Shown piece after piece: positions 56,304-64,000 of a stretch of 64,000 nucleotides of DNA (positions within the stretch are counted from its first letter, which is position 1; each line of letters begins with the position of its first letter). Position numbers and translations under genes: made by a program. This DNA comes from the human T2T-CHM13v2.0 reference genome, Homo sapiens. The notes beneath the pieces were generated by a model. The model worked only from the letters and a program-made list of their open reading frames with translations, did no database searches and was not told where the DNA came from. The stretch lies in the NCBI RefSeq assembly GCF_009914755.1, contig NC_060944.1; one strand, given 5' to 3'.

Positions 56304-58194
56304 ATAATGTGTCCCCCACGACCTCAATATAGTGAGCAGCAAACTCCCTCTGCAAGAACTTGTCTGTTAGATGCTGGGGCCCGGTAATGAGCAAGTCAGC
56401 AGAACCAGGGGTCCTACACTCACAGGTATTCAAGGGGTGTTTCTGAGTCTGTGTCTGCCAGTTTTAATTGTTCAGCATTATGTGACAGTTTTATGAATCA
56501 AATATTTTTTTAACTTTCAAAGGCAGATATTTGAATTTCCTCATCATAGTCTAGCTTCCTCTTCATATTTCCTCCTGGCAGTTAACAGCATTGCTGGACG
56601 TGTTGGGCCCTTCAGGCTCCTAGGATAGGTCTGTTCTGAAGACCAGGCCTTGCCAACACCAGCTCACAGCCCAGACTGCCTGTGTCCAGAGCTGGGGTTG
56701 CCTCCCTGATGGCCCTGGTGCAGAGGGGATTGCCTTTGTTCCTCCAAGATCTGCTTCTCAAAGTTCACCTAGATGATCCCTCTTCCCTGGGCCTTTGATA
56801 ACCTATCAGACTTAAACTTGACAGTGCGAAGGTTAGTTTCTGAGGAAGGAAAAAAGTTGATGATGATGCCCATTGTCAGGTCTGTAACTAACTTGCTGGG
56901 TTCCTCTCTCTGAAGCTCTGTTTCTCCGTCTGTGAAATGTCAGCATTGGAGTTGTCATGCCTATGTAAATGGACTATGTGTTGGATTGGATTCAATTCCT
57001 GGGTCTTCTGGGTCCTCTTGGCTTCTTGGGAGGATCTGTTCCTCAGAGCAGTAGGTCCTGCCTACCACACACTCTGTGCCTGAATGACTGAGACATCAGA
57101 TCCTAGATGGAAAGTGTATTCATCTTCCTGGAGCTCCTTCTATCCCCCCTCCCTCACTCCATCCATGGTGGACATCCCTAGTTGACCCCAGAGCTCTTCC
57201 CTCTGGAGCCTGGATGTGGCCCCAGAATGCTCAACCCAGCTCTTTAAGTACCAGTTGATCAGTGTTGGCAAAGGAGGTGAGACCCTTTTGCCATGATTAA
57301 ATTACAATCATCTTTCAGCTCAGAGATTCCAAGAATTGAGTGGAATACTGTATGTGAGGCTGGCTCTGGCTGGGACATTGGGTTGGAGTTGATGAGTCAC
57401 TGCCTCCTGGTGAAAGAGAGGCCAGCAGCTTCCAACAAGACCAGGAAGGAAAGAGAGATGGGGCAGTGGCCCCAGAAAGGCCCCAGGCAACTCTCGATAA
57501 ATCATTTAGTCATGGAGTTCAGGTGCTCATGATGCGTACTAAGCATAGGATTATAATGGGGCCCATTAAAAACCAATTATGCTTAGTCCAGAGTCTGGAA
57601 GATGCCACTGGCTTCAACAGAGTTTCCAGGGCTCAAGCCCACTGGCCTGAGACAAAGAATTGGGGAGGATTGTATCATTCAGCTCTCTGGTATCACCCAA
57701 GGGCAGGAGGAGGAAGATGGATGAGCTAGGCTTGGGGGTGGGGATGGGTGGAGAGCTAAGTCGGCAGGAGGCAATGTTCTGCACATGGACCCTTCCCTTT
57801 CTTAGGTGGAGCTCTGGGGCCAGCTGGTGAGCAAATTAGTTGGGGAGGAGGTCAGAGGGCCAGAAGTGATGGGCAGGGCCTGACTGTCAAGGACCTTCAA
57901 TGCCAACAAGATGGCTGTAGATTCCATGGTGCTTGAGCAGGGAAAATGACATGCTGACACTCAGAAAAGTCCCTTCTCCTCTCTGAACCTCAGTTTCTCC
58001 ATAGTGATGGGATGGATTGAACAGGTTGAGCTGAAAAACACTCTGAAGCTGTTGGGGCCATACAGTCGCTTAAGCGAGAAGCAAAGAGGGGAGAATAACA
58101 AGAAACCCCGTGCATGTAGGAATTGGGGAGGGGAGGACCAAAGTGATGGGGGAGATGTGGGAAAGGAGTGATGATGTAAAAATCCCTGTTTGTA

Positions 58195-58537
<343 letters not shown>

Positions 58538-58669
58538 CTACGTACCTGATGAATAGGGAGACGTTGATCCTGGTGGAAGCCCATTGCCCTAGCGTGTTTA
58601 TTAATGGCTTCTCCTTTCACTCTCAGAATTTCCTGCTTTAAGTGGTGCATTTTATCACTACCCTATGTA

Positions 58670-59070
58670 TAATTACTACCCCATTTAATCCTCCTCGAAA
58701 CCCTAGACGAAAGATATTATTATTGCCACTTTCCAGAGAAGGAAATCGGATCCTCAGATCCAGGGCCACACAGCCAACAAGTAGATGATTCAGGATGTCA
58801 TGAATTGGCAGAGCACAGGAATGGCAGCTAGGAGGTCTTGTGTAAATAGTAATGATGATACCACTCACATTTCCTGAGAACCTAGTATGTGCCTGGTACC
58901 AGTCTAAATACTCTATGTGAATTATTTCACTTAATCCTCCCAACGTGAGGAAGCGGGTATGATCATCACCCTCATTGTCACCAGGAGACTGAGTTTCAGA
59001 GCTCACTCACTTGCCACACAGCCAACGAGGGGCAAAGCCTGCATGTGAGCTCAAGTGTGTGCCTCTGAAA
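58670..59070 (-). mobile_element. Two MIR fragments
   Basis: catttaatcctcctcgaaaccct... and atgtgcctgg...cacttaatcctcccaac...gagactgag. Confidence 0.65.
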
Positions 59071-59406
59071 TCAGGCTTCTAGTTGCTGTGCAGAGTGAAA
59101 GGAAGCGCTGAGAAGACGATGAGAGGGAGAAGGGGAGGAGAGCAGACAAGCTGGAGGGGCTATGAGGCTTGGGGTAACAGGCAGGTGGAGGGAGCACTCT
59201 TACCACATCCTTTCCCTGTGCCTGGGGGGTACAGCCTCAGCCCTGGGGTTGGCGAGCCTTTAGCCTTGGGCTGGGAGCTCATCCTGCATACCCCAAGGGT
59301 GAAGGCCCCCAGAGCTGAAAACAGGCTGCCAGTTCTGTCCTCAGGGCCTTGGGTTCACTGTCAACTGGAGCAGTCTTAGAGCAGATGCTGCCTCTCCCAT
59401 CCCCTC

Positions 59407-59672
59407 CATTGGGCAGTGGGTGAGCTACCTCTCAGAGGTACGGCAAGCTGGGACCATAATCACGTATTCACCAAGAATTCGGCCAAGGGAATTTGTGCCT
59501 GGGCAGGAAGTTGTGAGGGAGATGGTCTCTGAGATTTGAGGATAATGATGATAATGGCAGTTCTGACTCATCCCACCTCCTCTTGCCCGTCTGTGTTAAG
59601 GATGCAGATGCCTCAGAGGGTGATGGGAGCTGCTTTGGGCTGTGGCAGGGAAGAGGGACAACCAGTGCAGGA
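59407..59672 (+). repeat. Copy A of a ~270-bp dispersed direct duplication
   Basis: Aligns to 60930-61198 with about 17 substitutions and one 3-bp indel. Confidence 0.95.
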
Positions 59673-60169
59673 AAACCATGTCCTAGAGGCTATGTGACAA
59701 TCTTCACATCAGCACTCTCTCGGCTGGGGAGGGGGGAGGTGTTGAGGTGGGGGTTGTCTTGTAGGGAGGAGAGCTGAGAGGAGTCCTTGGGGGTAATCAG
59801 AAGCACTTGCTTCAGCAAACCACAGACTATCCAAACCATCAGATTCCTTCTGGGTCATTTTACAGAGAAGAAAACAGACCCAGAGAGGCAGTGGGTGGGA
59901 GTGGGTGGTCAGTGGCCAGTCTGCCTGCCCATGTCAGAGGCCTCACACACCCTCCTCTTTCTCACTCTGTGGAAGGAAAGAAGTTAAGAAGGAAAGGCAG
60001 GCTTTGGAATGTGACAGCTTGAGAGAGGGATTATGGGGTGGGTGGGGTGTGGACAGTCGGAGCGTGAGCAGCTGACAGGGTGTGGGTGCTGATCCTCGAG
60101 GGCGGGCCCAAGGACGCTGCAGAGCATCAGCTCCCCATTCCGTACCCCAGCCAAGGGATGGGGAAGGAG

Positions 60170-60420
60170 ATTCATTCATTCATCCAACCAACATTCACTG
60201 AGCACCTAATATGCCCTGGGCCCTTAACCAGGTTCTAGCAACCCAGGGAGGGGGAGACTCAGCCTTCGCCTTCATGGAGCTCTCAGTCCAGTGAGGGAGA
60301 GACGTATGTAAGCAAACAACTATAACACAGCATCCCTGATCACAGATAAGGGACAGAAGCCTCCGTCTTAAAAGAATTTGAGCTGAGCACATGGAAGGGG
60401 TGATACTGGGTTTATTTTGA
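60170..60420 (-). mobile_element. L2 3' end
   Basis: ttcattcattcatccaaccaacattcactgagcaccta...ccttcatggagctctcagtccagtgagggagagac. Confidence 0.75.
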
Positions 60421-60929
60421 CAAGGGGCCTGGAAACCATCCCAAGTGCACATCTATCTCCTCGCCTTGGGCTGCCGTATACCTAGGAGCCTCTCCCCATG
60501 CCCGTCAGTCTCACTGTCCCCATGAGGACTAAGAGGGACACTGGCTAGGACAGAACGTATCTGAAATCACCGGTAGTTCCCCCTGCAGAATCCTGGACCC
60601 TAACCCCGGCTATTACACCACATATGGCAGGTCATGGAGGTGTGATGCTGATGGATGTGGATGACTTAGATCACCAAAGCAGCAGCTCCAGGGACAGATT
60701 CCACAGGGATCAGAACAGTGACCTCCTGGGTTATGGGGTGAGTGTAGAGTTGGGCAGGGGAGGTGCCGGGGGCTGGCAGATTGGGATTTCTAGGTGGTTT
60801 CTGCAAAACCCCATCAAGGAGCAAAAGAAGAATTGTGTTCTATGGGGTTAATGGGGAGCAAAATAGGGACAAATGGGGAGAAGTTGCAAGAAGAAAGAGC
60901 TTGGCTCAGCAGAAGGAAGGGCTTTCTAA

Positions 60930-61198
60930 CACTGGGCGGTGAGTGAGCTACCTCTCAGAGGTATGGCAAGCTGGGACCATGATCAAGTATCCACCAAGAA
61001 TTCGGCCAAGGGAATTTGTGCCTGGGCAGGAAGTTGTGAGAGAGGTGGTCTCTGAGATTCCAGGACAATGATGATAATGGCAGTTCTGACTCATCCCACC
61101 ACCTCCTCTTGCCCGTCTGTGATAAGGATGCAGATGCCTCAGAGGGTGCTGGGAGCTGCTTTGGGCTGTGGCAGGGAAGGGGGGAAACCAGTGCAGGA
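60930..61198 (+). repeat. Copy B of the ~270-bp dispersed direct duplication
   Basis: Matches copy A at an offset of about 1523 bp. Confidence 0.95.
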
Positions 61199-62061
61199 TC
61201 CATGGAGCTTGAACCCATGACCCAGGGTCCAGCAGCCCTCATCCAATCCCAAACTCCCCTTGTATCCAGCCCTGGGGCATACCAGGGCTGAGATAATTAC
61301 CATCCAGCAACCTCGTCGTCTGCTTCTGACTCATCCACTGAAAAAATAGCATCCTGTTCTGGCCTGTCCCTACATACATTGCTTGGGAAGTAGCAACATG
61401 AATTGTGGGCTACAAATCCAGTGTGTCCTCAGGCAAGAAGTCCCTTTCTTCCCATTTCTGGGTCTCAGCTTATATGTCAGTAAATGGAGACCTGAGCTCC
61501 TAATGGCTCTTCCAGCTCTGCTGATATTAGACTTGACAATTCTATGTACAAGGTACCTGGTTGCGGGAGAGGGTCCTGCTTGTGTTTTCTGACTAAACCA
61601 AGGTCATCTGAGCTCAAAGTTTTGGAGTTTCAGAGGTTTGTGCCTGCCCTAGAATGACTGGGGCTAACTTGATGTGAAAGATTTGGTTTTACTTTCTGTT
61701 GTGAGAATTGGCAAGGGTAATGGAAAAGCCCCCTGGAACTGTTGTTCCAGCTCGTGCCACATGGGGTCACTGTTGAACACTGGTCCTGCAGAGTGCTCAC
61801 TCACCACAGCAGGGGCTGTAGGAGCTCCCAATCTTGGGACACATGTGTCAGCTATGTGAGTTCCTACCCACATGTTCAGTCATTATCCCCATATCATGAT
61901 GCCAGCAGGGGCTTCTGGCCTAGGCTAAGCTAAAACTAGTATTTTCCATGAATCTCAAGCCTGATTATTGAGACCACAGCACCAGCCCAGACAGCTCACA
62001 GGTGGAGAGCAGTTGGGAGGTTGTTGTGGTCTAGACAAGAATCTTGGCTCTCTCCATGTTT

Positions 62062-62597
62062 CAGTTTTCAATTCCTGTGTAGCAAACTGCCCCAGCACTT
62101 AGGGGCTTCAGACAACAATCATTCTCCTGCTTAGGAACCTGCAATTTGGGCAGAGCTCGGCAGGGACAGCTTGCGTCTGCATCAGCTGGGGCAGATTGCC
62201 TGGGGGCTGAAGGACCCACTTGCCAGATGGCTCAGTCCCATGGCTTCCAAATAATTCTGTCTGTCAGCTGGGAGCTCAGTGGGCTGTGGGTTGGAAGCCT
62301 TGGTTCGTCTCCAGGTGAGCTTCTCCGTGGGCCATTTGGGTTTCTTCATGGCATGGTGGCTGGGTTCTAAGAGCAAGCAACCCAAGGGAACCAGAAAGAA
62401 GCTGTATTAACTTTTATAATCTAGCCTTAGAAGTCACAATGTGTCACTCTGTCTTAGCCACAAGTCTTCCAGGTCCAGAGGGTGGGAATATATGCTTTAC
62501 TTCTGCAATGAGAGGAGTATCAACATCATATTGAAAGAAGAGTATGTGGGATGGGAGATATTATTGCAACCACCTTTGGAAAATCAATCTGCCACAT
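62062..62597 (-). mobile_element. MLT1 (F/G/H-type) solo LTR, antisense
   Basis: tgtgtagcaaactgccccagcacttaggggctt...ttcttcatggcatggtggctgggttc...aaaatcaatctgccaca. Confidence 0.78.
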
Positions 62598-62858
62598 GCT
62601 GTTAACTAAAAGATTTTACAAAGATGCTGGAATCTTTAAAAAGCCAAACATTTTGACCAGCCCTGTCCAGACACTTGCCCACACAAGCCACTGATCTGAT
62701 GCCTGTGGTGAAGCTCACGTTGAATTTTACAGTCTGTAACTTCTAGGCTGTGACTCCTATGGGGTCAAAGATAAAGGCACCATAGCCTGGGGATAGACAA
62801 GCCACCAACTCAGGAGGCAGATTCCCAGCTCCATCACTTAGAAGGCTGTGTAACTCTG

Positions 62859-63008
62859 GGTCATGTGCAGTGGCTTATGCCTGTAATCCCAGCACTTTGT
62901 GAAGCTGAGATGGGAGGATTGCTTGAGGCCAGGAGTTGGAGACCAGCCTGGTCAACATAGCAAGACCCTATCTCAAATTAAAAACAAACAAACAAAAAAA
63001 AAAAAAAC
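62859..63008 (+). mobile_element. FLAM-C monomer with 16-bp TSD inside a MIR
   Basis: TSD aggctgtgtaactctg at 62843-62858 and 63009-63024. The MIR core continues (cctcagttttatcatctgt). Confidence 0.88.
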
Positions 63009-63292
63009 AGGCTGTGTAACTCTGTACCTCAGTTTTATCATCTGTGACATTGAGTTAACAGTAGTACCTCCCTCATATGGTTTATTAAGATTAAATGAGC
63101 TAATATTTATAAAATATTTGGAAAAGCACTTGGTTCATAGGAAGATTTATTAAATAAAACCTATCCAATGGTCTAGCCAACAATTACTGACATTTCCTGT
63201 ATGCTTGGCATCAAATAAGATACAACCAAGAGTTGCATGACAAGTGTCCTTTGGTGGGGAGTACCTGGTGATGTAACTTCAGTGGTTCTCAA

Positions 63293-63890
63293 CTGTGGCA
63301 GATTATATTTCACAGGGTGGTCATATCAGTATACATCTCAGCTCAATATTCTTTTTACAATGGGACATGACGTTGGTACATTTTCAGCAAGAGATGGGGC
63401 ATGTTCCTTCTCTTTGAACCTACATAGGCCTTTGTAACTGCCTTGACCCATAGGATAAGGCGGAGGTGACATTGTGTAACTTCTGAGGTTAGGTCATAAA
63501 AAGCATTGCATCTTCCACCATGGTCTCTCAGGTCACTTGCTCAGGGGAAACTAAGCACCATGCCAGGAGGACACCCAAGCATTCCCATGGAAAGATCCAC
63601 ATGGAAAGGAACCAAGGTGCCTCAACCTGTATTCAGCACCAGTTTGCCAGCCATGTAAGTTAGTCACCTTTAAAGTGGATCCTCCAGCCTCAGTCAAGCC
63701 TTCAGATGAACATGGCCCCAGCTAACATATGATTGCAACCCCATAAGAAACTCCAATTAAGAGCTGGCCAGTGGAGCTCTGCCCAAATTCCTGACCCACA
63801 AAAACCATGAAAGATAACATATGATTATCATTTTTCCAAGCTAAACTCTGGGTTAAACAGATTGGTTAAGAAGCAATAGATGAGTAAAAC
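63293..63890 (+). mobile_element. MLT1 (G/H-type) solo LTR
   Basis: tgtggcagattatattt...aacttctgaggttaggtcataaaa...gccatgtaagttagtcacctt...cccaaattcctgacccaca...gcaatagatgagtaaaaca. Confidence 0.8.
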
Positions 63891-64000
63891 ATCAACTTTT
63901 TTGTCCGTAATACCCTCCCTCTCAATATAACAAGTATTTAATAGTGTCCCTTCACCAACCTGAAATTGAATTGACACATCTTACCTACCTCTATACTCCA

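Noticed and set aside
60624-60851. ORF starting MAG (ATGGCAGgt) in TGM6 intron 1 with faint resemblance to a transglutaminase N-terminus, considered as an alternative first exon or relic exon 2
   Set aside because: The donor gtcatg is poor and the HHT and RRGQ motifs are absent. The same 9-mer also occurs by chance at nt 64 of this window.

Overview
Primate (most likely human chr20p13) genomic DNA covering the tandem transglutaminase pair TGM3-TGM6, both on the + strand. Positions 1-15.2 kb hold TGM3 exons 8-13 with canonical GT-AG boundaries, a continuous reading frame, the stop codon at 14731-14733 and AATAAA at 15203. About 40 kb of repeat-dense intergenic DNA follows, with many Alus, nested old L1s, L2/MIR, MLT1/MLT2/LTR16 LTRs, an ERV-L gag fossil and hAT remnants. 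The putative TGM6 promoter and first exon (ATG GCA G|gtaagt at 55336-55342) come next, and the window ends in TGM6 intron 1. Nearly all other ORFs in the track are chance or repeat-derived. I found no convincing new gene or biological system. The most unusual structures are: (1) a near-perfect 202-bp templated insertion about 1 kb upstream of TGM6; (2) a ~270-bp duplicated AP-1-containing module in TGM6 intron 1; (3) a strong CTCF motif beside a TSD-less, near-consensus AluY fragment between the genes; (4) a twin-primed-like inverted old L1; (5) several local tandem duplications; and (6) the TGM3 Arg654 allele. Repeat subfamily names come from memory of consensus sequences, and the boundaries of old repeats are approximate.
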